In this document: positions 1 to 17,579 of the stretch, piece after piece
How positions within the stretch are numbered: position 1 is the first letter of the stretch
How the letters are laid out: each line of letters opens with the position of its first letter
Assembly (NCBI RefSeq): GCF_009914755.1
Contig: NC_060927.1
Origin: the human T2T-CHM13v2.0 reference genome, Homo sapiens
Direction: 5' to 3' (one strand)
Length of the DNA stretch: 64,000 nucleotides
Translations under genes and position numbers: made by a program
The notes under the pieces: generated by a model
What the model was told of the DNA's origin: nothing
Seen by the model: only the letters and a program-made list of their open reading frames with translations
Databases searched by the model: none

Positions 1-1918
<1,918 letters not shown>

Positions 1919-1989
1919 TAGACGTGTTCAAAATGATGGCTCCATCTTCCCTTCTCTGCCAGCCACGTCGATAATGTTAACTGTTACCT

Positions 1990-3325
1990 CGTTGCTTTGT
2001 ATTTTCAATTATGTAATTGTTTTACAGGATCTGTGAGTTTTATACTTTTGTGTGCTTTTATGATGAAGAGTATTACCTTTTCATTTCCATGTTTAGAACT
2101 CCTTTGAGCATTTCTTGTAAGGCTGGTCAAGTGGTGGTGAATTTCCTTAGGGTTTGCTTGTCTGGAAAGTATTTTATTTTTCCTTCTTTAAAAAGCTCAG
2201 TTTAGCAGATTACAAAATTTTGGCTGAAACTCTCGGAAAGACTCTCCCAGGTTGTAATCCTTAGTAAGACTCTGAATAAAACAAACTCTAACTCTTAAAT
2301 AAATAAATAAGTCTCTTTGTTAAATTTCTCTAACAAATTTCGTAATAGCTCTTCTGTGTTATCTTGGAGTTTGTTCAGTTTCCTTAGAATCGTTATTTTG
2401 AATTTTTGATCTAAGAATGCACACATTGTTGTCTTGTTAGGGTCAGTCACTGGCTTCTTAGTTTGTCCATTTGGGAAGGTTACATTTCCTTTTTTCCTAT
2501 TGTTTCTTGTAGATATATATCTATGGCTTCGCATTGAAGGAGTAGTCATTTATTCCTGTCTTCTCATTTATTCCAGTCTTCTCTGTCTGGCTTATTTTGG
2601 CCTTTCTAGGGTTTGTTTGTTTAAAGGTTCTTTGCAGTTACCATGAGTCCCCAAAATGCTAGATTACTGCCTTTTTTTGTTGTTGTTGCAGTAGATGGTG
2701 CCTGAAGCTAAGGTTTGTCTTGACTCTTGCAAATGGTCAGAGCACTACCCATCCTAAACAGGGGGTTCTCAAAAGCAATACCTCAGCTGTGGGGGAAGGC
2801 TGGCTAAGGGTTCATGCCCAGAAGACCCATGGTGTGTACCTCCTACAGCATGGTGCTGCTGAACAGCCTTTGGCTGAGATAAAGGGCAGAGTTTCATGGA
2901 CTGGAGTTTTTAGTCCCACATCCCCTTTTTGTTACTAGCTTCCCTTAGGGGTTTTTCTTCTTATAGGCACTTGGGATGCTGGTTGAAGCAGGAATGGGTT
3001 TTCTCCAAGGGAACCCAAGATGGTGGGGAAGCTGGCTGTCTGCCTCAATCTTACTTTTTCCAGTGTAGAAACTGTGAGTCAGGGAGAAAGTGTCATGGAT
3101 AAAGAAGTTTGTTTCTCTTACTCTCTCCTCAGAGTTTTACACTTTTCTGTGGCCCCAGGGATTGTCCTAGTCTCTGATTTGAGTTCTGGGATGGTGTTGA
3201 TGACATTTGTCTTGGATTTCTTTTTTGGTTTTCAGTGGAGGAGAGTGAAGTGCTTCTACTTTACCATTTTGTTGAAGTTGCTCCATTTGTTCTTGATGTC
3301 ATAATTTGCATCTTTTAATATTATG
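1990..3325 (-). mobile_element. Old L1 (L1M) fragments including an ORF1-like remnant
   Basis: ORF 2295-2549 reads FKITILRKLNKLQDNTEELLRNLLEKFNKE, resembling the L1 ORF1p coiled coil; T-rich antisense L1 composition. Confidence 0.6.
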
Positions 3326-3331
3326 TATCCC

Positions 3332-3693
3332 TGTATTAGTCCATTTTCACACTGCTATAAAGAACTACTTGAGACTGGGTAATATGGAAAGAAAAGAGGT
3401 TTAACTGACTGACAGTTCTGCATGGCTGGGGAGGCAACTTACAATCATGGTGGAAGGTGAAGGGGAGGCAAGTCACATCTTACATGGTGGCAGGAGAGAC
3501 AGAGAGAGCAAAGGGGGAAGTGCCATACTTTTAAACCATTAGATCTGGTGAGAACTCACTCGCTATCATGAGAACAGCATGAGGAAAATCCACTCCCATG
3601 ATCCAGTCACCTCCTACCAGGTCCCTCCCCTGACACATGGGGATTACAATTTGACATGAGATTTGGGTGGGGATACAGAGTCAAACCATATCA
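3332..3693 (-). mobile_element. MaLR LTR (MSTA-like)
   Basis: tgtattagtccattttcacactgctataaag...caaaccatatca termini typical of MST/THE1 in antisense. Confidence 0.88.
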
Positions 3694-5060
<1,367 letters not shown>

Positions 5061-5061
5061 T

Positions 5062-5367
5062 CTCTCTTTTTCTTTTTTTTTTTCTGAGACGAGGTCTTTC
5101 TCTGTCACCCAGGCTGGAGTGCAGTGGCATGATTTTGGCTCACTGCAACCTCCGCCTCCTGGGTTAAAGTAATTCTCCTGCCTCAGCCTCCCAAGTAGCT
5201 GGGATTACAGGTGCTCACCACCACACCCAGCTAATTTTTGTATTTTTAGTAGAGACGGGATTTCACCATGTTGGCCAGGCTGGTCTCTAACTCCCGACCT
5301 CAGGTGATCCACCCACCTCGGCCTCCCAAAGTTCTGGGATTACAGGCATGAGCCACCATACCTGGCC
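5062..5367 (-). mobile_element. Alu (AluS-like)
   Basis: Full antisense Alu; no obvious TSD. Confidence 0.92.
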
Positions 5368-5664
5368 TTAAAATCTAATAAAGATTAAAATCTCCCTAGA
5401 TTAACAGACAGACTTGACAATGTCGGTTCATCTTCCTCACGCAGAAAAGCACATTTGTCTTTCATTCTTTCCCTGTAGTGTCTTTTATTCCTATTCGTGT
5501 TTTATTAATTTTCTTGGAATAAATCACATATTTTGAGTTAAATTAGCATTTATTCCATTTATTTACTTGTTTAAAACATCGTATCCAATGTTACCCATTT
5601 TTTTTTCTAGCTATGTACTCCAATATAGAAATTCCTTAGGCTTTTGGGACTTTAGCTTGTGTTA

Positions 5665-6005
5665 CTTCGTTAGGCAGAATGAGCTAGACTGTGCTGCAGT
5701 AATACAGCACTCCCAAATCTGAGTGGCTAAACACAAGTTTTTTCCTCCCTCATGCCAAGTCCACTGCTGGCATAATAAGCATCAGGACAGCTGTCCTCTG
5801 TGTGGTGAGTTAGTGAGCCAGCCTGCTTGACTTTATGCTTCTCCATCTTAATGCTCAGCCTCTGCACTTGCCACCAAGGGGAAGAGGGAGACCTGAGGAT
5901 CCCTGGGTCTTCTCACTGCCTCAGCCCAGAAGTGACCCTCATCACACTCCTGCTCCTATTTCATTGACCAGAACGAGTCACAGGACTCTGCCTAAGGACA
6001 AGGGG
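5665..6005. mobile_element. Old MaLR LTR (MLT1J/K-like)
   Basis: gctgcagtaatac...cccaaatctgagtggctaaacacaag and tcattgaccagaac...cacagg motifs. Confidence 0.5.
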
Positions 6006-6810
6006 GCTTAGAGGCAGAGTCTTCTCTGGAGAGGAGAACCAGATAGGGGAAGCCATGCTACACCCATGCCCTTGGCTTTTTGGGGTTTGGGGTTAGCAGA
6101 CTCAAGCAGAAGAGAAATTCCCAGGAGTTGTTTTAAAATAACAGTGAAAAGGTTAGATAATATGGGGGCACTCGGAGCTGGTGTCAGAAGGTGTGAGGTG
6201 ATACCTCCCCCCAAAAAATAAGGGCTGGGAGAAGGGCAGGGGGTCTTGAGGTGGGCCAGCCATTGGGGAGGGATGGATGTCAGACAAGTTTAGGGACTGA
6301 GAAAAGTAAGTGAGTGGACACAGGACCTGGAAGGGTCTGGTCAGCAAGAGACATGAGGGAATGGAGCTACCAGGGACAGGAAGAGGATGATAATGAACTT
6401 TCCCTGAGTGCTGGCCCTGTGCTTGGTGCTTGCCAAGTACTTTATGCTTGTTAACTAAGTCCTCTAACAATCTTTGAGGCTGGTACTCTTGGAACTCCCA
6501 TTTGACAGATGAGGAACTCAGAGATGTTAAGTCACTTGTCCCGGGTCACCAGCTGTGGGGGTGCCAGAGCTGGATCCCCTACCTTTCCCAAGAATCTAAA
6601 GTCTGCGCGAATTTGTAGCCTAAGCTGTTAATAATCGTGCTGTGTCACTTTGTCAAGATATCCATAAAAGAGAGAGCGAGGGAGGGAGAAGGAAGTGCCA
6701 TCCTTGAAATGTGTCCAGCCCTGCACTAGGCACTGGTGTAAATGTCCCAGAAACTGCTGGACACATAACCATCCTCAACACATATCTCTCTCCTTCCCCC
6801 AGTTTCCTGA

Positions 6811-7181
<371 letters not shown>

Positions 7182-7924
7182 AGCCACTGTCTTTTCTAAG
7201 AGCCGTGAGTGAGATGGGGCTGGGATTCTTGTCCCAGGGGCCTACTCTGCCAGATTGGTAAAGGCGGGGCTGCCTGCCGGCAGGGAAGGAGGAAGGGGGA
7301 AGGCTGTTTGGCCTCAGCATGCTTGCAGAATATTTCTGGTGACAGATGGGAAAGCTTGAATGTGGGTGCTTTGCAAAACATCCTCCTGCAGCCTCCACCA
7401 GCGAGTGCTGCCAGGATAATAAAGCCAGACAGATGTGGGTTCAGATAAAATGGGGGTAATGACAGTCTTGGGGATTAAATGAGAGAATTCATATAAAGTG
7501 CTGAGCACAGTTCCTGGCACAGGCACTAGATGTTCAATGAGTGCGCTCTCATTACCCTTGTCACAGATGTTTAAAATGGAAAATGAGGTTCAGCAAGTTG
7601 CCCAGGCTTGTGACAAATAAGTGGCAGAGCTGGGGCTTGAATCCAGGTCTGGGCCATAGAATTAGCTCTTGTCTCCCCACCCCACTGCCCCAGCAGGACC
7701 AGAGCTGAGCAGTTCACCTGGGATTTTAGCAATATAGAATCACAGGAAGAATGTTCCTGCCTTTCCCATAAAAATGCTGTTTTGAAAACAGAACATTATG
7801 TAATTAATGTCCTTTCTCGGGCAGATTTGAGCTCTGATTCCTCTTGGCATTTTATGTTAAAAAGAAGTTTTTCTTTTCTGGCAAGCCTGCATGATTGCTA
7901 ATAACAGTGGAGCAAAATAATTTT

Positions 7925-8430
7925 TGCTACAGCTAGGAAAAGAATTTTTCCTCAATCCTCATGAGTTCTTAGTTGGGACGGACCCCTGTAACAAGACAGA
8001 TTGACGAGAAAAACAGTTTAGTGACGCGTGCAATGCATATCACGTGGCCGCAACTTCAGTGAAAAGTAACTCAAAGCAGTAGCTTAGAACTCTGGCTTAT
8101 GTAACCTCTTCAACAAAGAACAATAAATCTGTGGAGAAATGACAGGACAAAGGTAAGCAGTTTTAGGCTTCCAACAGCTGGAAGCTCAGGAAGGTAAATA
8201 TATGGGAGGAAACCACTGGAGTGAGGTTTCCTTGCAGATTCCTCTGGTGCCATCTCTGAGCTCTTAGGAGTCTAGAGTTGTCTCCAGTAAAGGTGAATTT
8301 ATATCCTGCCTCTAGGCAGATAAGGGGGAGGGTGGAGGGAGTTTTCCTGTGTTTGCTGCTTCTTAATTGCCTTCAACTCAAAAATAATTTTACGTCAAAG
8401 AGGATACTTTGGGGGGACATATCCTTTGAC
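7925..8430. mobile_element. ERV1-class solo LTR (MER31/MER67-like)
   Basis: ttcttagttgggacggacccctgtaacaagacagatt...cttcaactcaaaaataattttacg resembles this LTR group. Confidence 0.55.
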
Positions 8431-8619
8431 AGCCACTATAGGTTGAGTTCTTACTATATTCCAGGCCTAGGCCTCATTGCTTTACAAACAAACTCTCATT
8501 TAATTCGGAAGACCCTGTGGAGTAAGTACTTTGACATCTGTTTTACAGTTTAGGAAACTGAAGTGCAGTTTTTCCTAAAATTGTTGCTAGTGGATGGTCG
8601 AGACAGGATTTGAAGCTAG

Positions 8620-8948
<329 letters not shown>

Positions 8949-9255
8949 TGGTTTTTGTCTTTTTTTGGCCATGGGATCTGTGTTTAAATGGAAATACATG
9001 GAAACAAACATTGAGCTGCTCTAATTAAAGTTGAGAAAAGTGGTGATGAGGGCAAGGAGATTATAAATGGCTTGGTGTCACTCCTCACTTCCCCCATGAA
9101 GCAAAATTTGAAAATCACTGAATTGTTCTGCTTTCTATGACTCCTTCTATGTTTATAGATAAAGATTGGATTTCCTTTTCTGCCTTGCCTTCTGGGAGGC
9201 TCAGGCCTTCTTTGTTTTACTCAGTCATGCTAATTCTCTTCAAATTGGGGTTCTG

Positions 9256-9545
9256 GACCAGGCACAGTGGCTCGCGCCTGTAATCCCAGCACTTTGGGAG
9301 GCCGAGGTGGGCGAATCACTTGAGGTCAGGAGTTCGAGACCAACCTGGCCAACATGGCAAAACCCCATCTCTACTAAAAATACAAAAATTAGCTGGGCAT
9401 GGTGGCACATGCCTGTAATCCCAACTACTCGGCAGGCTGAGGCACGAGAATTGCTTGAACTTGGGAGGTGGAGGTTGCAGCTGCATTCTAGCCTGGGCAA
9501 CAGAGTGAGACTTTGTCACAAAAAAACAAAACAAAAACCAAAACA
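9256..9545 (+). mobile_element. Alu (AluS-like)
   Basis: Sense Alu with small right-arm deletion and A-rich tail. Confidence 0.9.
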
Positions 9546-9627
9546 AACTGGAATTCTGAAATAATTTTCTGTTTCCCATCTTCCCATTACAAAGCCCTTC
9601 TTTTACTCTGTGATCACCCTTTAATCA

Positions 9628-9945
<318 letters not shown>

Positions 9946-10444
9946 TCAAGAACCCCGAACCAACACTCATAATTTACAGTTGCCCCAGGCTGTGGCTTAA
10001 TGATTAAGACGAACACAAGTGACTGACTTGGGGGCAGAGGGCTGGCTGGTGTTTGTGTTGAGGGGAGTGTTTTCAGCATCCCTGGATATGCCAGTCTGCC
10101 TGTGCCCCCACAGCTCTCTCCCTCTACGGGGCATGCCTGAGGTTGGCTTTGCAGGAGGAGTGAGCGTTTTATCTTGGACAATGGGAAGGTTGAGCTTAGG
10201 TGCCCTGATCCCATGGGAAACCCTTCCTTGGAGGAGGGAGCCCTGGCTCACTTAGCTATTGCCAGGCAACCTGGGAACATGACTGGTGTTCCTCATTGGG
10301 CAGTCCTGCTCATCTCTCTATAAGGTCCTTTCTAGGAAGTAGACGAGTACATGTAATGAAAGGGCTAGCTTTGGAAAACAAGCCCAGCCCCATGTCCTCC
10401 TCTCTGGATGAGTGTCAGCCAAAAATCAACTCAAAACATCTCCT

Positions 10445-11155
<711 letters not shown>

Positions 11156-11366
11156 ACATCCAGACAGAAGGAGATTAAGGCAATTAGTTCTGTTCTTCTG
11201 AAGTCTGGCAGGTGGGGGCACTGTAAGGCAAGAAACTAGCAGGAGTGAGGTGGTTACTGGTTTAGTGGGTCTTTGGAGGCACTGAAAAATCAAATTGTTT
11301 ACGTTACTGCTCAGCAATGGGAATGCAAAGAATGCAAGGAATCCCATCACAATGGTAGATTCTGAC

Positions 11367-11647
11367 TTTTTTTTTTTTGGAGAAGGAGTCTCTCTCACAC
11401 AGTGTGGAATGCAGTGGTATGATCTCTGCAACCTCCACCTCCCGGACTCAAGCGATTCTCTTGCCTCAGCCACCAAGTAGCTGGGACTACAGGCACGTGC
11501 CACCACGCCCAGCTAATTTTTGTATTTTTAGTAAAGACAGGGCTTTTTCATGTTGGTCGGGCTGGTCTTGAACTCTTGGCCTCAAGTGATCGCCCACCTC
11601 GGCCTCCCAACGTGCTGGGATTACAGGTGTGAGCCACCGTGCCCAGT
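11367..11647 (-). mobile_element. Alu
   Basis: Antisense Alu with small deletions. Confidence 0.88.
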
Positions 11648-11758
11648 CGATCCTGATCCTGGTTGAATTTGTGGGTGGAGGCGTCTGGGGCATCTGGGGA
11701 TGGAGTTTAGCAGCAAGTGGACATTCCTCACCCCAGAACTAAGGTAGGTCTGCATTGA

Positions 11759-12072
<314 letters not shown>

Positions 12073-12397
12073 TAGTGCAGAGGTTAAGTATTTCAAGTTC
12101 AGACAGACAAATGGCAGATAAAGTAGGTCCCTGAATCCCATGGAGCATGGTCAGGCTGGTGCAGGGGCCTCCTAGGAGCACTTTCCAGGAGCAAGGCCTG
12201 GCTGTAGTGGAAAGAATGCAGACTCTGCAGACAGGTCACTCTGGGTGAGAATCACATCTCTCCTGGGGCATTGCCTTATGTCTTCTGGCAAGGCCCTTCA
12301 CTTACCTGAGCCCAGGTGTCTTCATCTGCAGAGTGGGGAGGAAGACATCTGATTGTCATGGGTGCTGACATTGCTGGCCCCCTATAAATGCAGTGAC

Positions 12398-12792
12398 TGT
12401 CAGACCTCTGAGCCCAAGCTAAGCCATCGTATCCCCTGTGACCTGCACGTATACATCCAGATGGCCTCTAAGGAATGACAAAAGAAGTGAAAATGGCCTG
12501 TTCCTCCCTTAACTGATGACTTTACCTTGTGAAATTCCTTCTCCTGGCTCATCCTGGCTCAAAAGCTCCTCCGCTGAGTACCTTGTGACCCCCCACCCCT
12601 GCCTGCCAGAGAACAACCCTCCTTTGACTGTAATTTTCCTTTACCTACCCAAATCTTATAAAATGGCCTCACCCCATCTCCCTTTGCTGACTCTCTTTTC
12701 GGACTCAGCCCGCCTGCACCCAGGTGACATAAATAGCCTTGTTGCTCACACAAAGCCTGTTTGGTGGTCTCTTCACACAGATATGAGTGAAA
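12398..12792 (+). mobile_element. Solo LTR7 (HERV-H LTR)
   Basis: tgtcagacctctgagcccaagctaagccatc...ggactcagcccgcctgcacccagg...ctcttcacacagatatgagtgaaa; 5-bp TSD gtgac/gtgat. Confidence 0.92.
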
Positions 12793-13489
12793 GTGATCAT
12801 TACTGACATCCATTCACAACTTTCCGGGGTGCCTAACTATTTTCAGGGCCCTGGATAAAGGTGAGCAGAATCAGACAGGGTCCCACCCTCACAGGGTTTG
12901 GAGTCAGTATAATCTCAAGTGTGGTGAGGCTGCCCTGCCAAATCTCCTGTGGTGTGAGGACTCTTGTGACACACACGCTGCAGGACCAGGGTTGGAGGGT
13001 CCCTTCACATCCTAAGGTCAGCCCTCTCTCCCAGGTTTTGTGTTTAGTGCTGGTTTGCCATTGACAGGGGCATTCTGCAAACCCAAACCAGGACCCGAGA
13101 GAGTGTGGCCCCCGCAAGAACGGGGGTTGCTGTCTTGGCTCCCTGTTTAGGGAGAGGTCTGAAGTCAGAGCTGCTGCAGCAGCCTTTTGCTTCTCCATGG
13201 TCTCCAGGCTTGAGTGATGGCCTCATCATCAGCCTTCAGGGATGATCTGACTCTCTAGACACTCCTGTGGTGTGCAGGAGCCATGCGGCTCTGATGCGGG
13301 TCCTGCCAGCATGATGCCAGTGAGGCCCAGGTATATTGATGAATGCCCAAGTGGGCAGATGAGGGCTTCCCAGCAAATGGATATCTGTGGGTCAGGGTGG
13401 AAACCGTGGAGGAAGGAGGCAGGTAGGGCCTTCTCTGGTTGCTATGGGCTGGACCTGGGAGAAGGCTAGGTGTATTGCAGAGGGAGAAG

Positions 13490-14245
13490 GGGTTTCTCAT
13501 TCTTTCATTCGACAAACACTTCCTGAGCATCTTCTCTAGGCCTTGTGCACTAGGGATTCAGAGTAAACAAGATAGACAAGAATCTTTGCCCTCATGGAGC
13601 TGACATTATCATTAGGAGGGACACACGAGACAAATCAGTAAAATATAGAATATGTTCAATGGTGATAAACAGTAAGGGGGAAAAAGAAGGCAAGGCAGGC
13701 AGAGGAAGACTGCAGAAGTTGAGATTTTAGATGGGGTGGCTAAAGGGGACCTCATTTAGAAGAAGTGTGATAAAAGACCTGAAGAAAGCAAGGGAGTGGG
13801 CCGCGAGGCTCTTGGAGGGAAGGATACTCCTGGCTGGGGAAGAGCAGGTGGAAAGGCATGGAGATGGGGCATGCCTGGAGAGGGTAGGAGGCCAGCACAA
13901 CTGGGACTGTGTGAGCAAGTGGGAGAGTGCAGGAAGGAGGTCGGAGGCTAAGAGGGAGCTGGACTCGCAGGACCACCTGGAATGCAGGAGAGACTCCACT
14001 GGGAGCCCAGGGAGGGCTCTGTGCAGAGTCGCAAGTTCTGCCTTAGACTGGAGGAAGATCATTTTGGCTCCTCTGTTGAGAACAGGGTGTAGGGACAAGG
14101 CCAGTAGGGGAGACCAGTTGGGAGGAGACCACTGCAGTCATCAGATGAGGGGGAGGCACTGCACCTTTGTTCTCTACTGTGTCCCAGCCTATGGCATGCA
14201 TCCTGGCATGGAGCAGGAACTCGATAAATATTTGTTGAATGATGT
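13490..14245. mobile_element. L2 LINE fragments
   Basis: cattcattc/aaatatttgttgaat L2 3'-end motifs and typical L2 body text. Confidence 0.65.
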
Positions 14246-14435
14246 GTGCTTTAGTCATGTCCAAGTACCAGTTTTCAGACTCATGCTAGGTAGGCTATAT
14301 GGGGAAGGTGCAGAAAAACAGATCCCAGGCATTGCAGCTGGGGATCCTGATCCAATAGGCTTCTGATGGGAAAGTTGAATCTGGATTTTTAGCACAGCCT
14401 GCAGGTAATTTTGGACAGGCAGGGACTGGCCTTCT

Positions 14436-14800
14436 GTGTCAGTTAGGGATGATTTTGGTTGCAAGTAACAGAGACTGACCAACAATGGTTTAAACAAAGA
14501 GGGATTTATTTTATTTACAAGAATTCTGGAGAAGGATGGCGGCTGGTATTGGCTTGGTGAAATAATGATAGGGTCAATGACTCTGTGATTCTCTTGGCCT
14601 TTTTGTCATGGTAGCAAAGTGGCTGCTGTGGCTCCAGGCATCACACCCTCAATCAAGGTAGGAAGAAGAGGCCCAGGGAGGTGTTAGCCATGCCTGTGTC
14701 TTTTATTGGAAAAGCTTTCCCAGAAGCCCAGGTAGACTTCCTCTTCAATTTCATTGGCCACACCTGATCACATAGCCATCCTAAGCTGCAAAGGAGACTG
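14436..14800 (-). mobile_element. Old MaLR LTR (MLT1K/L-like) overlapping the FAM107A 3' end
   Basis: Minus strand reads aataaatccctc...tgtttaaaccattg...tgttacttgcaaccaaaatcatccctaactgaca, an MLT1 3' terminus. Confidence 0.7.
14505..14515 (-). terminator. FAM107A: Distal polyadenylation signal of FAM107A (overlapping AATAAA hexamers)
   Basis: Plus strand tttattttatt = minus strand AATAAAATAAA, followed by GU-rich sequence, ~2.45 kb past the stop codon. Confidence 0.7.
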
Positions 14801-16124
14801 GAACAGTGAAAATCTGGATTTACAGCCTCCACAGTTGGAGTGGCTGGAGATACAGAGTTGGGACGACCCCTGAAAAGTGAACCAAGGTCGTCTGCACGGC
14901 TGCCCTGGAGGGCGTGGTGCTTGAGGTCCCTTCTACCTCTGGGGCTTCATGGAATGACTTGTTGCCTCCATGGAGCACCTCTGGGGACCACTGGGTGAAT
15001 CCCCAGGCATTCCCTTGGAGAGCCCTCGTCCATCTGAGACCCTCTGTCTTGCTTCTCTTCACATGTCTGAACAACACATGGACCCGAGGGCTGCTTCTTT
15101 GGGGAAGTGGTGATCTTTATTTTAGGGATTGTGCATCTTCAGTGTAACCCTCACCTGGCAGACATTAAACAGCGTAAACACATTCTCAGCACGCCAGTCA
15201 CATTCAGGAGCCTCTTGGAGCTTGACTTATACACACGCACACAGGCGCAATATCTGCATTTACAGCCCTGTGCTGGCAGCACACACAGGAAAAGCACGAC
15301 TTCAGTCACCCTCAAACCACCCAGTTATGAGTAAGACCAGAACAATCCCTTTCCTCCGACAGTCCCACGTTTGCTTCCAGGAATCAAAGAGCATGCCAGT
15401 GGCAGCTATCTGTGGCAGTTTTGGGAAAGTGAAAGGAGATGCTATTCCAGCACTGCTCTGTCACCTTAGATGATGGGTTTAGGAAGCCAGAGGCAGGGAT
15501 TTCAGGGGAAAAGAAACAGGCCTGGTTTATTCTCTAATTCTTTAAAAATGGGATAGGAGCAAAAGGTTAAAATATGTGGGTCTCACACAGGAAAGGCCTT
15601 CTGAAGAAGAAAAATGGGTGAATTCACTGGAGTTGGCCCAGCTAGGGGTTGGGTCTCAGGTGACAGAGGCCGGGGATTCAGACTCAAAGGGGCCAGTCCA
15701 TAAAGGTGGCAGTGGGGTCTTCAAACCACTGTTTCTATTCCAGAAGCCTACTGAAAATCATTGTATATTTGCTTTCCATAAGACTAGGAAAAAGTAAAAA
15801 AAAAAAATTTTTTTTTTTTTTTTTTTTTTTTTGGCTAGAATTGCATCGTAACAGTGTGGTCACACTGGTAAGAAATGCAGATTGGCAATCATGTACATCT
15901 CTGATTAAAACAACACTCACATAACCAACACAATTTGCTAGGCCAAAGTCTTCACGGGCAATCCCTGGGGTGGGAGTCTGGGATGGGGTGGATAATGAAG
16001 GATACCTGGGGTTGCAGAAGTGGGGTGGGAATCCCTGGGGCATCAGTCCACAGGAGGTGGGGGCCAGCGATGGCTTCAGGGGTGATATTTCCAATATATA
16101 TCAGCCCTGGGCACTCTCGCCCTG

Positions 16125-16280
16125 CTGCTCACAGCATGGTCCTCACACCAGCAGCCTCCGCCTTACCTGGGAGCTTGTTAGAAATGCAGGATCTCCCAGA
16201 TCTATTGAGTTAGAAGCTGTATTAACAAGATCCCCAGTGATTTTTATGCACAATCAAGTTTGTGAGGCACCGCTGCAGAC
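16125..16280. mobile_element. MER5A-like hAT-Charlie DNA transposon inside the 3'UTR
   Basis: cctgggagcttgttagaaatgca...taacaagatccccagtgat...aagtttg motifs. Confidence 0.75.
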
Positions 16281-16959
16281 TTCTGAGTGCAGGAATGCGG
16301 CAGCCCTGGGTAGGTGTGGTTAGAAGGCCTGGACGGGGAGGCTGTGCGGAGGGGATGATGAAAGCATGGGTGAGGGGAGAAGACCCTAAACAGCTGTCTT
16401 TGTTAGTCCCCGCCCACCTGGCCGGGATGCCAGCAACAAGGCCACCTGCAGTCTGCCCTGCCCTTCCTCCCCTCAGTGGCTTTGAAGGCAGGTGTCCTTG
16501 AAGCTAAGCTCTGCTGGCTGCAGGTAAAACCACAGGTGGGGGAGTTCTCTGAGACCTAGGAGCTGGGGTGTACGGAGAAGCGGGGCCCTGGGGAGCCTCG
16601 GAGATTCCTGGTGGGAAGGCCTGGGCAGAACAGAAGGCTTGTCAAGTCAGAGGGCCACCTCTTCCTCCTCAATTCTGCCAGAGAAAGCTCCTGTGCTGGG
16701 CTCTGAACCCCTTGCAGGGAGGGGTGCAGGTTATCCCTCTTGGAGCAGGAGGGCTGGGTGCTTGGAAGGAAAACCTAGGAGCTTAGGGGCCCCAGCCTCC
16801 CAGGGAGAGCCAGGCCCTCTGGGGTGACACATTTCTACAGAAGCAGGTGGGAACATCACAGACGTCCCAGGGCCTGGGGCCCAGGGCTGCCAGGTACAGA
16901 AGGGCTGAAGGAGGCTGTCCAGGCCAGGGTGGGCAGTGGCCTGAGCCCGGCAGCTGGCC

Positions 16960-17067
16960 CTACAGCTCTCTCTCTTCGCTGGTCAGTGTGGCAATTCTCC
17001 GCAGGTTTTCCCTGACTTTAATAAACTCGGGGGCGTGATCCTCTTCCTTCTCTGGTGGTTTTTCCAG
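16960..17067 (-). CDS. FAM107A: FAM107A (actin-associated protein DRR1/TU3A), last coding exon: [35 protein letters not shown]
   Basis: Acceptor ctccctccttcag, phase 0, 35 codons plus TAG at 16962-16960; recognised C-terminus. Confidence 0.96.
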   Translation of the reverse strand: MEKPPEKEEDHAPEFIKVRENLRRIATLTSEEREL

Positions 17068-17579
17068 CTGAAGGAGGGAGAAGCAGAGAGTGAAGTGGGT
17101 GGAGCTAGGGGGATTCCTACTCTGAAAACCTGTGGAGTTTGGACCAAGGGCCCACTCAGTGGGGAAACAGAACCAACCTGGGGATGAGTTTTGCTATCAG
17201 CCTGGTAGCTGGGGCACAGAGCATGAGACTGAGTTCTCCTTGTGCAGCCTGGTTCAAATCACTCACCCCCTCTGGGCCTCAGCTTCCCCATCTCTAAAAT
17301 GGGAATGCCACCTGGCTCACAAGACAGTTATAAGAATGAAATCAGAATCAGCATGCAGTACACTGGGCCAGTGAGGAAGCTGAGGTTCAGGGAAGCCACT
17401 CGCCCTAAGGACCTAGCAAAGTGAATGGCAGAGGGAGGACTCAGGCCAGGAGTGGACTCTTAGTCCAGTGCTCTGTCTGCTGATCCTCTTCCCTCTTACT
17501 AGCTGTGGCCACAGCAGAGCTCCTCCCTGGAGGACAGCCCTGGAGGATGCGTGGTCCCTGCTGGGTGCCCATCACCCAC

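Larger units (their letters stand above)
14490..16959 (-). other. FAM107A: FAM107A 3'UTR (3' end approximate)
   Basis: Continuous with the last coding exon, Alu-free, ends at the AATAAA cluster. Confidence 0.7.

Noticed and set aside
13731-14366. 211-aa ORF
   Set aside because: Lies in L2 sequence with no recognisable domain or splice context
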